64,000 nucleotides of DNA from Takakia lepidozioides (taxonomy: Eukaryota; Plantae; Bryophyta). Location of the stretch: contig CM060734.1 in assembly GCA_030704615.1 (NCBI GenBank), forward strand, positions 59,210,001 through 59,274,000, in the 5' to 3' direction. Position numbers and translations under genes: made by a program. This document shows positions 38,901 through 51,749 of this stretch, one piece after another. The notes beneath the pieces were generated by a model. The model worked only from the letters and a program-made list of their open reading frames with translations, did not search any database and was not told the DNA's origin. Within the stretch, counting starts at the first letter, position 1; every line of letters begins with the position of its first letter.

Positions 38901-41900
38901 GGTGTGATTAAGGGCCCAGTTCCCCTAGGGTTACTCTTCAATTGAGGTGGGCACTATATCTAGACCATGATAACTTGTGCCCAACAGGCACTCCAACTTG
39001 TGTTTTCATCTGGGACTTGGGACATACTCCCTCACACAAACACCCCCATGGCTATCACTAACACCAACCATTGGCTCTCATATCAACCTTGATAAAGGAC
39101 CTCCTAAATGCAAGTAAATGTATATGATGCAGATAACATAATCTCACTGTCGAGATTGTCCTTTGCAGGTCCAGCACATGCCCAAACTTTACAAAAGTTC
39201 TGCAAACAAAAAAGTGCAACCAGCCAAGGCATATAGCATGCACAAGCACAGCATGAAATGTTTCTGCAGCCAAGCTATGGTAACTGCAGCCACAATATTG
39301 GTGAATAGCCAAAATAGCAACGAAAACCACTTGAAACAACAGCCACTCCTATGTGCAATGTCAATGACCCCACTAGCTTGACATCTACTTATTAAAAAAA
39401 CAAGACTCTTTCAGTCAAGCAGTTAAGTGCTACTTTACTGAAAGTTAAAGGTTTATTTCCTGAGGATAAATTTTGCTTTCCTTCTCCCTTGCAAATGATA
39501 GGGAATGGATGAGCATGGAGTGCACTGTGGCCTTTCACCCTTCCCAACAAACCAACTTTTTCTGACAAATATATGGGAAACTCTTACCAGTGGATCATGG
39601 CGCAAATTCTGTTGGCCCCTGTTGTCTTGCATGCACATGATTTGAGCCTTCAGCTGTCCAATTTCCTCCTTCAAGTTCCTGATTTCTTTATCCTTTGAGT
39701 CTGCAGTGTCCTCCTCTGCTTCGACAAATACCAGCCTAGGAGGTGACCTACTTGTCCGCACAAGTGGTGATTGCCTACCAGATGCCAGTCTACAAATCCC
39801 CTCCTCCCATTTTGCTGTCAAATCTTCAAAGACTGGAGAGTGATAGAATGAAGTGAACCCTGGAGGAAACTCATTCAAGTTTGCATCCAGTCTATTGCAC
39901 ACAGTCTTTGCGTTATTTTCACCTTGATCAGTAAGTTGGGTTTTCTCTAGTGTCTCTTGCAGTGAGACCTTGTATTCCTCCAAGAGCACCAACCTTCGAT
40001 TCATATCCTCAACTGTATCTTCTGCAGTCTTCCAGGCTAATTCTTGCTCATGGACTATTCTGCGAAGTTCAGCTTTCCCCTTCATCCACTTCTCATCCTG
40101 CAATGAATTTGCAACTCCGCACCTTGCAATTGAAGCTCGACAACCTCCAGATCTCCCCAGGTGGTTCAGAGCATTTCCACCAGGTTCTCTCATCAAATCA
40201 GACCAACCTTGTTCAGCATCAACCCCACTAGCCCCTCCATATAGCCTTACATCGTTTACCCTTCCCAGCATTTGGTCTTCAGGTGTGTGAAATAATTGCT
40301 CTTCCCCAGAGCTACCGGAATTTTTTGAATTTGTCTGGCCAATAGTCTCCCTTAAGTCTACTACAACATCTGGATGATGCTGATTGCCATCTTCAATGTC
40401 ATCACGAGATCTTCTCAATCTGTGCAGTTGTTCTTCAACCACTCTAGGTTCACCACCGTCTAATGATAAATTAGCTACAAACTCCTGTATATCCTCCTCT
40501 GACATTGAGGATATTGGGCTTTTCAATAGTACATCAATTTTCTCCTGGTCCTTCTGTGTTGTTGAAATATCAACAGTAGGGATTTCTAGTAGAATTTCAC
40601 CCTTGTCCAAAACTGTACCACTCGAGGTCTCAGCATCAAGCCACCTATCATTAGTTTCTCTCTTTTCACTGTCCTCCAGGGAAGAATCATCTTGCCAATG
40701 TATGCTCCCATCCAACTCTTCTGGAGTAGGCAATAACTCATACACCATTTCTTCATCACCTCGAGCTGTGCTTCCTTCTGATTGTAGTAGCTGGTGTTTG
40801 GTTGTAGGTCTCTGTGTATCCTTCGTCAAAGAAAGACCTTTTGAGCTTTCTGTAAGAATGTTGAGTTTGATTTCGCCATCCTCCAATCCTGATGCCTCAA
40901 CACACTTTCCTTCTCCAGCATCAAACAGAGTAACAGCCGAGCTCACAGTCTTCACACATCCATCACTGTTCTCTTTATCCAAGGTCAAAACTACTGGTTC
41001 ATCTGCAGCTTTCCAAGCGTTTGAGCCCGGACTGGAGTCATCGCTGAAGGATGAGTTTTCAGTCAACATTCTAACATCTGGGGGTTCCTTTCCAAAAGAT
41101 TTTTTCTTGGAATTTTGCACCTCTAGCAGCTGCTGTAACCTCAACCTATCGGACTTCCCTTGCTCCAGTTCCTCTTCAAATTTGGCATGCAAAGTTGCCC
41201 TCTCATTTAGAAGATCACGCCATTTCTCCTCAGCAGCCTATACATGAGCACAATTATTATTGGTCTAGGATTAGCATCCCCTTTCTTGCCATACATGGCC
41301 AGATTGGTATGTACATCTCCAAAAATGTGTGTTCACCTGCTACTGAGGAAATTGATGGCTAGAGCTTAGTAGGGTTACAGCACTGCCTGAGCTCCGAACC
41401 AATCATTAAGACCTTACCGACACTGGTTATCACCGACATATGTTCAAGTGAGGTCAAATGGTGAATTTGAGTGCAACTGCCTGTTGACATCCTTATGATT
41501 CAAACTTCACAGATGGTTTCTGCAGACTTTCAGTGGATCTCCTACTGTAAGTCTTTGCAGGAATGGCTGGACTACTTTGTAAGCTGACTCTCCTGAAGAA
41601 AATACTATCAGTTTTGACGAGACCCAGTTGCTTGGTAAGCAACTAGTGGGTCCAGCAGAGGGGGGATTGTGCTCATGTTGCTGGGGGCCTTCCATAGTGA
41701 AAGATTAGAATGTGAAACCAACCTTGGCAGATGTTTCGTAAGAGCGAGCCTTCTCTTCAGCGGCAACGCGTGCCTTCATTTCATTCACAAGGTTCTTCTT
41801 CTCATCGTCTCGCAGCACAGCTGCGATAGGAAAGAAAGACTGTGCAGCAGAGAAATGTGACTGTTGGACTTTATCCCTTTCTCCCTTCTTCATGCCTGTA

Positions 41901-44900
41901 TCAATCAGCTTGTTGACACCTAGTTTCAATTGTTCAATTTCCTCTGAAGCTATCTGCTCAGTACTGTCCATCTCAAGCAATTGTTGCAACTTCAGCTGGT
42001 CAATAGTGCCAATCTCCAATTCCTCTTTGAATCTGGCATGAAGCCATGCCCTCTCTTCAATGAGAACACGCAACCTTTCTTCTGCAGCCTATATGCAAGC
42101 AGGAGCTAAGTTAACTAGAGCCTACATAAGGACAAGAAATGCCGTGTCTGAAGTTTCAGCAGCACAACCAACCAAAGACATCATAAGGCCTGCGCAAACC
42201 TACATGTTATAGCAACATTTCAAATCGGCTTTGTTTGTTTTGACAATTTTCCGGACACAAACTGTCCTATAGTGCAAGAAATTGTCTCCCATAGTGATCG
42301 CAAACAATCTGAACCCCGACTAGGCTGCCCACTGTGTCCCAAGACATGCTTGAACAAGGAAGATGAATTTATGAGAAAATCCTGGTAGGTGAAAAGCGAC
42401 TGATATTGTGGAGCAGCAAGCTTGGTTACCCTCACTTTCCAACATGGTGGAGACTGGATTTGTGAATTATTACACATACTCCAGGAACATATTCATAGCC
42501 AGCACTTGCTCAGGCTCCCAGAGAACCAGGGCTACAAGACAAGGAGGATTGCAATGAGGATTTTCCAGCAGACAGGTTCGAGAAGTCAGCATGAGGATGA
42601 TTCGGAGACTTCCAGACCCAAAATACAGCAAAGGGGGTGGAAACCTGGCTGTGCCTGAAGGTGGGGGGGGGCGCGCAGAATATCTCTAAGGAGTTAGCTC
42701 AAGGTGAGAAGACTTCAAATGAATATTGCTTCAAATGAACACCAAGAAATCATAGTGCAACAAAATTCAGAAGTCAGTGCCCAACCTTGGTAGAGGCCTC
42801 AAACACATGCACTTTTTCTTCAGCTGCAATTCGTTTCTCCAATTCTGCTGCCAATTTTCCCTGCTCCTCATCAAGGGGCATAAGGGGCATGGTGGCAATC
42901 TGATTCCTCTCCAACCTGGTATCTTTTCGAGCCTCCCTCTTGGGACCTAGATTTGAGGTCAGAAGTGACTTGAAACTTAACTTGACTTCTTTGAGTGCTC
43001 TTTCAGAAGCTTCATGCTTGGCCTTCTCCATCTCGAGCAACTGTTGCAATCTCTGCCTATCTGTGTTGCCTTGCTGAAGCTCCTCCTTGAACTGGGAATG
43101 AAATGAGGTCCTCTCGTCCAGTAGAATGCGCAGTTTCTCTTCGGCAGTCTGACCACGCAACAGAAAAGAGAACACGAGGACATTTAGTGGAAGGTGGCTT
43201 GTCTACTGACTCCTCTTTGATTCTGTGTGAGGGACGATTGCAGACCTGTTCTGACATGTCAAAGGGTGTGATGGTTGATGTTTTTCATTTGTTACTTTAG
43301 TCTGGGGTGCAGCCACTTTCTGCAAACGAAAAGAAATTGACTAAACAACGAGGTATAAAATTATTCTGGAAACGGCCTAGAGTTCATAGGAGCTCCTGAG
43401 CATATTGTTAAGTCCAGAGGTCTAAAGCTCTTTCTGAATAATTCTGGAAAGCTGAGGAGCATTGAGCCAAAACAGGACGTTGTTTCCTAGTGCAGGTTAA
43501 GGACTCAATCAACACTAACCTTGGCGGAGGCTTCTGAAATATGGGCCCTTTCTTCAGCAGCTATGCGGGCCTGGACCTCAGTTTTCAGCTTTCGCTGTTT
43601 TTCATCTTGAAATCCCACCACTGATCGCGCTGGCAATGCCAGCTCCTGGGATGCTTCCAGCAGCTCTCTCTTCACTTCCAAGTCTTGACCTGCTTTTATC
43701 CTGGCCTTTCTTCCACTCAGATCTTTTTCAGAAATCTTGTGCTTGGACTTCTCAACCTCTAGCAGTTGTTGCAGTCTACGTCTGTCTGTATTTCCTTTCT
43801 CTAGTTCCTCTTTAAACTTGGCATGGAAGGAGGCCCTCTCGTCAAGCAAGCAGCGAAGCCTCTCCTCTGCAGCCTACACACAGGCAGAAAGAATGACATG
43901 ATCAGTGCAACCAAAATACTGCTCCAAAAGAGCTTCTTTCCCAACAGCTGCTCCAGTATTGCCCTGCATCTTAGCTAATGAAAATGTGTAGCATTTCAAT
44001 GCTCTTATTGCAACATTATCCTGTTCATAGGCTTCAGAAACACAAGCCTTTTCTTCTGCAGCAATCCGAGCTTCCATTTCAGCCATAGTCTTCCTCCTCT
44101 TCACATCATATTCTGCTCCACGTCTTGGGAGGGTCTTTCGGGTACGTTCCCCATTGGATTGTGGTATGGCTTTCTCTCTGAATTTTCCCTGCTTGTTCCC
44201 AGAAGGGAATCTCTCCTTAACCAAATCTCGGAGTCCCTTGCATTTCTTCTCTTCAGGGGAGCCCCAGTTGCTACTAGTGTAGCTTGTCGATGACTTAGCT
44301 GCTGAGGACTGACTATCACTCAGATCACAATCGGTGACCTTGAGTGCTCTCTTGGACATCTTAGTCTCCGAGGAACTAGATGATTCATCCGCAGGACCAA
44401 AAGCCCTGTCCTCTGCGTCTGTGTCGATTTCATCTTCTAGTCTCAGCACGTCACATGCTCCAACGGATGCCTTCGACGGTAACTTCTGTACAGGACCAAT
44501 GTGGATTTTTGAAGGCTGAGATGGTAATTCAGTGGCCGAACTGCTGAGATGAAGCTTTGACTGTGTGGTGCTACTGTTCATTACAAGTTTCTTAGTTCGC
44601 CTGCCCATACAACCTTGATGCTGATCCTTAATGCCAGAGGGTGCAGTCTCACCAGGGTTACCATTAGAGACATTTTTTCCCTCAGAGCAGTTCTCAAAAT
44701 TCACTGTGGGCTGCCATTGAGCAGACTGTTGGATTCCTGAATCTTTCCTTAGTGTCTTGTCTTCATCCCTATTAGGCTCCTTGATTTCTTGCTGCAATGC
44801 CTGCCTAGATCTAGCCTCCAAAGAGTCCCATTCCTCATCATAAGGACGATTCTTCAGCCACAAAACATTCTGTAGGTAACTCTTTGATGCTGCATCCACA

Positions 44901-45199
44901 TCCGGTGCATGGGCTTCTAGCAACCCAGCATGTGACTGCCCGGAGTGCAGCAATCCTTGCTGGCCATACGACGGTGCCATAGGGGCCCCACAAATGCCCA
45001 AAGGAGAGTAAGTGGTCCCAGAGGCAGGTACGGAGGTTCCAACACGGAAAGTAATTTCTTTGGGTGCTGCAATCTGGGAGTTCAGTTCTGACATGGTCGA
45101 CTGGTTGGCTAGATAGTGGTGGTGATGATGATGCATGTGGAATTCGAGTGGTGGTGGGGCAGCAGAGGTCAGTCCCTGCTTGTTGCCAGAGAGCACCAT
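32939..45199 (-). CDS. Large multi-exon coiled-coil protein of unknown function with tandem exon repeats (could be two genes)
   Basis: ORF from 45199; exons 43873-43520, 43148-42786, 42088-41723, 41237-39588, then ~37827-37742, ~36880-36512, ~36095-35922, ~35592-35385, ~35267-34911, ~34190-33907 and 33523-32939. E/K/L/Q heptad-rich. Linkage across 39588-36880 is unresolved. Confidence 0.65.
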
Positions 45200-47605
45200 G
45201 CAATTGTGGAATCAGTGAGAGACCCTGAAAGTTTCAGTCTGAGTTACATAAATAGCTTCACTTGCACATCATATAAGCCATTGACACTTCAGCAGTAAAA
45301 GCCAGAATCATTCTCAACAATCATTCTCACTCCTTCTCTTGTTATTCAGTTTCAATGTCATTGACTCCAACACCACTTTCCTGTCCTCATTAGGTTTCTG
45401 CTCATACAAAGGTGATCATGTTTTTTTGAAAATGACACAAATGTGCTTGAAGCTATGCCGCACACCTTTGATCCGAAAGGGGGTTTGTTGAAATCCTTGG
45501 GATCGTACCCTAAATAAGAGCATGCGGCCACTTGCGCTTGCTGAGCCAGATCGAGTGCCTGTAACCTGCATGGCACACGTGCTTTTACTCTGTGGCACTT
45601 CACACACATTTGAAGAAAGTATACACCTGACCTAATATACTACTCAATCTACAAATCCTACTTTTTGTACACATACAAAACAAACCACGTGCTCTGTGAC
45701 AGACCCTCAATCCAAGCTAGATAAGAGTGTCAAGAGAGGGGAGTGCCATCTCCCAGAGTATGGAGGCTGGAGAGAAGGGGACAAGTGGTTGACAAAAGGG
45801 TAATACCATGTTTGACTCTTGGAGGGAGAAAAAAACAGATAAAAGTAGCACATGTCAGCACAGATGAACCAACCTCTGAAAGCAGAATGGTGCGGCCTCT
45901 GACGGTAGGCCTCGCTCACATGCACCTGTCCATCATTGACATACTCACATGGGTGAACCATGTCGGTTGATGGGTTCGTGAATGAAATCTCTCTGATACA
46001 AAATCCTGAAGGCTGCCTCCAATCTGGAGTCTCCCCTTTGATTGTGGCACCAACCCCATCAACACAGAAGGAGTCTCTATACAATGAAAAATCAGCCCAA
46101 AGGCTTTGCTTTAGGTGGAACCTACACCCAAAACTTGCATTTGTACTGGAGTGCATTCAGCACTAAGCGCCCAAAGGTTCAACTTATTTTCATGGCTATC
46201 ATATCTGACATGCATGCAAGAGTTAAAAAAGGACTATAGAGGAGCTGAAACCTACCAGAATAGGCAGCGTGGGGTAGAGACTGCAACTCAGACGTGGACT
46301 TTGGGGGATTTCCCATGAGCCACACAGACGACAAAGCCATGTTTGAGGAGTTTCTGCTGTGAGGCACATCCAGTGAGGGTGACCTCCACATATGGCAGCT
46401 AGTCTGCCGTGCAATATCTGCAGTGCGCCAGTATGTAAATCTTAACAACAGTTCATGAAACAGGAGGGACGCCATAAATTTCGTGATGTAAATTCAACAC
46501 TACCAATGCAGGTCAACGAATTTACAGAAGATTGGTCTAACACCCAACCTCTGGGTGTTAACTTCTAAATACTTGGCCGTGCAGCTCCTCAAAGTCACTT
46601 CAACACTGTCTCTGATCCAACTCGAAGCACACACCCAAAAACAGCAACAGCTACCAGAGTGACTGCAGCTCACTGTTATTCACCAGCAAATTCGGCACAA
46701 CTGTCCTCTACCATGCTGAGTAGCTATACAGCATCTGTAGCTACCCGGTTAAAGAGAATATTGCACACCTAAACTCGTCATCGCAAGAGACAGCTCCCTT
46801 CATCCGCATCACGATGCCCTGGCGCTGCTCTGGTAACAAAAGCACGCTCTCTTCCCAATGAATCAAGAACGGAAAAACACTCTCAAAAACAGAATCAGAC
46901 TAGCCACATGACAAGAACCCACATCATGAAAATTGAACCAGCCAGAACTAGAAACAAACTGCAAGTTCGCTACACCTCTGACACCACCGTACACTCTCTG
47001 CACCCTAACTGACTCCACACAGAAAGAACTTCCCAAATGTGGCACTACCTGGCATCCCTCTCTTCTACCTGAGCCAATGCAGCGATGTCGACTGCGCAAG
47101 ATCAAGTCTTCCGTGGTGGTGCAACAGACTAACAAGCCAAGCCAAGAAAGAAGCAAGGAAAGAAGGTCAGGATGGTCGGACGCGACGGTTGCAGTTCCTG
47201 CTTCTCACTTATTAGTACTTACCCTGTTTTCACTCCATAGTACAACATGTTTTTGCCTCCTCGCTTCATTTTTGGTCGTTTTCCTTGCAATGTTTCACAG
47301 AGTAAAGACATATCCCATACCTTTTGCAGGTAATTGTGGCCCCAGGAGATGATGTGTGGACGTGCGTAACAGAAATTCATTCCATAGATGAATGTTTAGG
47401 ATGAATGCGAGCTCGTACTTACAGATCTTTTATTGATGAATTGGGTGTATCAATAAACATACGTAGAATCCTCAGTACGCTGCAGCCTCCAGAAATTTGG
47501 CTGACAGCACAGATGTTCAGAGGAGCTCCTGATCTAATGGTGTAAATCTAGTTGACACCGATAACAGGACCTAGGCCTACTGACGGGCATACAAGCAGCT
47601 GTGAC

Positions 47606-50600
47606 CTAGGTGCCTTCCCTCTCATTGTTTGGAAGCGGCTGCGAGGCAGAGACGTCACTTGGTAGGGAAGCTGAGCGAACGCCAGATTGCGAAGTCATCT
47701 CCAACAAGGTTTCCTTCACTTGCTCAGCTCGCATGAGCTCCTTGTCTCTTATCTGCGCATAACGCAAGTCATGTGGTGTTGTTAACATGTAGTTTCAACC
47801 GAAGAGCCACATACTCTATAATAATATAAGGATTCCAAGATCATGGCTACCCGCAAGCCTGTTCACTTTTACAAGGGCATGCGCATTAGCTACATTTGTG
47901 TTGTCTGGGTCAACAGTTACGACTCGTGCTTTAAGAAGCTTCTGTCCTTTAAGTACTCGCTTTCCATTCCCTGCTAACAGTAGCTACAACGTGTTATCCT
48001 TAAGGACATACGCTGCTGGTTTCCAAACCTACGGAGCCAGTTGAGGGCTTTTTGAGCCCATTAGCGCTAGGGGTAAGGGTGTGGTTATTACCTCGGCATT
48101 GAAAATATTAAGAACAAGGCCGCGGAACGTGGTAATGTTGGCATGCACAACATCCAGTCCAAGAACATCGAGGGCTTGCATCAGTTTCACAAACACCCCC
48201 GGCCGTTTCTCACAGAAAATTCTGAGGCTGAATAGATGACCATCCATCTTATGCACCTCCACCTGCAGTACTGCCACATTCAGAATTTCACAAATTTGAA
48301 AATTCGGGCCATTAGCTTGCAGCCCCTTTCAGTGTGTTCTTCATGAGATATGCTGTTACACAATGAGAGTGAATAGATTCTTAGCCGAGGCTGTCACGCA
48401 CAATGCATTTTCCCTGCATACAGGCACTTCTGCCATCTCCCCACTGAAATTAATGGCAAGTTGGAGGAGATGTCCCTCCACCGACCTGTCCACGGCTTGA
48501 CTCCAGCGGCAACCTGAATAGAAAGGGAGTTGGGAACATAGGATCTGGTGGTATTAGCTTGCGCATGGAAGAACACACCTCATCTTGGCAGAGAAGCAGG
48601 GAACACATACCACAACAATGCTTTCCTCTCTCTCTCACTCCTATATACTCACTTGCATAGGCTGACTCAGCTCATCAGATTTCTTGTCAAGGGTGTCAAG
48701 GGCAGCTGTCACTTGGTCAAGTTTTGTGGAGCATCGAGCATCGTCAGCACCCATTTTGGCCTCCTCACGTGGACCTGCCTCTTCAAGTGAGGTGCCTGCA
48801 GGGACATCCTCATCTTTGCCATCAAGTAACTCATCTTGCAAGTCCTTCACCTGCTGCTGCAGCTCCTTCACATATTCAATTGCATCCCCAAGGATTGATG
48901 CTCGGTCCATCTGCAGGCGCACATTTTATTGTAGTTGAGCCTAGAGGTAAAAAATTGGATGCTAAAATGGCACATTCCACTGCTAATCATCTGCATGGAT
49001 CTGCACAAATCCTGACTGATGGCATACCTACACAATATCCACAAGTTTTATTCCCAGGCATCTGGATGTAGGATATCCATTTTGGAAAGAGAGAGGCTCA
49101 CTTTGGTGATCTTTGGCACCAAAGCACGCAGGGAGTAGAGACGCTCATTCAACTTCTTTCGGCGTTTGCGCTCAGCTACAAGATTCTTGGATAGGTGACG
49201 GCGAGCAGATCGAGGGCCACCTTTCTCGTCATCATCATCCATAGGGTCACTGCAATCTGACGACTCACCTCGCATCTCCTGCTTCACCTCCCTATCCTCC
49301 TCCTTGGACAGCCCAGTCCCACGTGGTGATTCTGCCAATGACCCTGAATGTTGAAGAGGATGTGTAGACGGTCCAGGTAGCTGGATCAGGTCATGGTCAA
49401 TTCCTGCATCACATCGCAAGGGGTCAGCCAGGCCCCCCTCAAGAATCTGATCTTTGTTCCCCATGGAAGCCCCACTGCTTTTCTCTGGCAAACTGGACCC
49501 TGCAGCCAGATGTGTGTCTAAGGCATCTTGCTCCCAAGGGTGAGAGGTGGCCCACGGGGCCCCTCCACTGTCCAGTGGGTAATGCCGGGGACCCATGTTG
49601 GCAGCGGGGTGGGAGTAGTAAAGCTCCACAGCCTGCTGGTCCATCATGCCTTGGCCAGTTGTGACCTCCAGACTGCTCCCCAAGACCTTCGACGAGCTAG
49701 CTTGCCAGGGATCCCCGCACCGAGCCCTCACATACTGTACCAAGGCTACATTCTCTGTGACCTGCAGCCACCTAAATTGCATCAGTATGTGTAGAAGTTG
49801 TTTGCCTGCTCCCACTTGAAGTAAGGCGGTGCGCTCACTTGCCACCTTCTGCTTGATGTTTCTCTGGATTCCCATCAGGTGTATGCTCTCTATATATGCC
49901 CTCTGACCTTCATATGATGGAGCACAGGTACACATTTCAGAGAAATATTTTTCTGGTTAAGCTCAACTGACTCTTACATACTGGTGCCAAAAATAGCTAG
50001 AACAAGCAAAGGAGGTCGGAGATGTGACTTACGTGATTGGCAACACCCAGTTCCACTAGGCCACTTTGGACTGGGATACACACTTTGGTCTGCACTGGCA
50101 AGTCCTGCATTCCAATTAAGTTGTGCTCCCACTTCAATTCTGATTCCCATGTGACTTCGAAAACATTGAATCAGAACCCACTACTCATCCACAGATAAGG
50201 TGATTGCAACCTAGCCCATGATTGCTACTCTTGCTGCCTTTCATCCAAGTCTTAAGGCTCTCAGAAGGGCATCAAATAGCCTCTATGCATTTGGGTGCTG
50301 GATGATTCACAGTCAGGGCAAGAGGACTTGCCTGCCCATTGACAGATGGTTCAACATGAATCCACTTTGGCTGCCCTGCCATATACACCCGCCCTTGCAT
50401 CCTGCATTCACCAATTGATGTTCATCTCTGCCCTTTACAGGTTTGCTCATTGGATGCATGCATCACTATTTACACATCTCACTCAATGCCATTAGGCATT
50501 AAATGTTTTCTGATTTCATGATATTTGTAAGATAGCCTCGGTAAAGGAGGAATGATTTTGACAATGATGTACCCTGTGTCCAAGGGCAGCGATGAGGGCA

Positions 50601-51749
50601 TGCTGGAAAGAAGGGCACAGATGTGGGTGGGCGGATGCATCACTTTCACATCAGGGCACACGCCTGATTCCATGTATCGGCTACTAGATGCCAACAAGTC
50701 TGCATTTGCACCTTCCGCTCCACTGCAACAGCACCCCATCCACTCCAATATGCTGGACCCACCCATAACCAGGCCCATACAGTGACTAATTTACTCTTAG
50801 TAGAATCTTGTTATAATGAAAAGAATCTCCCGATGAAGAAGACCAAAACAAAGAACTGATTTATCTGACAACGAGCAAAAATTTTGAGTTTCTTTCACTC
50901 CTATTCAAAGACACGTGAGACACGTTGGCTCCATACCATTTCCAACTTCAGAAAATGAGTTGGGTTCTTGTGCTTGCCAGTTAACAATCCAAGAGGAATA
51001 GTAGGGAATCCTGGAGGCTGAAATTCTAAGGACCAACATTCAGAAATAGAACCTATGAAAACCATGAGTGACCCTTCCCATCCTCTGGTTGTACGTTCAA
51101 TTCCTGCACTCCCTCCCAGCTTCATCCTCCAAGGGTGACTAAATTTTAGACTAAATTCTATTGGAAGAAGCCCTTAATGGAGGGGGACAATTGATGGAAG
51201 AGGCTGGAGAATGTCTGCTGGGGCTGAGAAAGAGAAAGTATTTACTTCTCCGCCAAAGGCCCAAAGAGCTCCTATTGAAGACATTAGCGATTAACTTAGA
51301 AAAGTGGAAAAGTTGACTGACGGTAACAAAATTACCTAGGACTGTAGCATCGTCGAAGAGACGGTAAGAATGTGGATTACTATGGTAACGAGGTACGTCA
51401 TCTGCCCATTGCACTGTATCGAAATCGACAGAAAGCTGAGTGAGCTTGGTCTAGTTCCACTTTTAGGTGCTAATAGTACTGGTTGCTTCTCCAGAATCTT
51501 AGTCTCACTGATGGCACTCCAAGAAGAGGTGCAGTGTATTCTGTGCCGAGTGACAGAAGCCCATTTTGTTGTAATCCTTTTACTTCTTTTGTTGGGTTGG
51601 AAGGGATTACAGTATCAATCTCAATGGACAGGCTACGAAGAATACCGACTGTCGTCCCGAAGGTACCAAAAGACGGCGTAGTCCCATCCCTTGGGTCCCA
51701 CAATGGAACGCAACCGTTCTTGAACACCTGCCCCTCCACGCTTGGCCAT
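47606..51749 (-). CDS. AMS: ABORTED MICROSPORES-like bHLH transcription factor (bHLH-MYC_N + bHLH + ACT-like), 8 coding exons
   Basis: Exons 51749-51646 ([18 protein letters not shown]), 50752-50573 ([10 protein letters not shown]), 50401-50332, 50104-50033 ([15 protein letters not shown]), 49761-49102 ([30 protein letters not shown]), 48910-48653 ([17 protein letters not shown]), 48262-48092 and 47752-47606; all phases are compatible. Confidence 0.88.

Noticed and set aside
40384-41247. 287-aa Ser-rich plus-strand ORF
   Set aside because: Antisense shadow of the Glu-rich coiled-coil exon.
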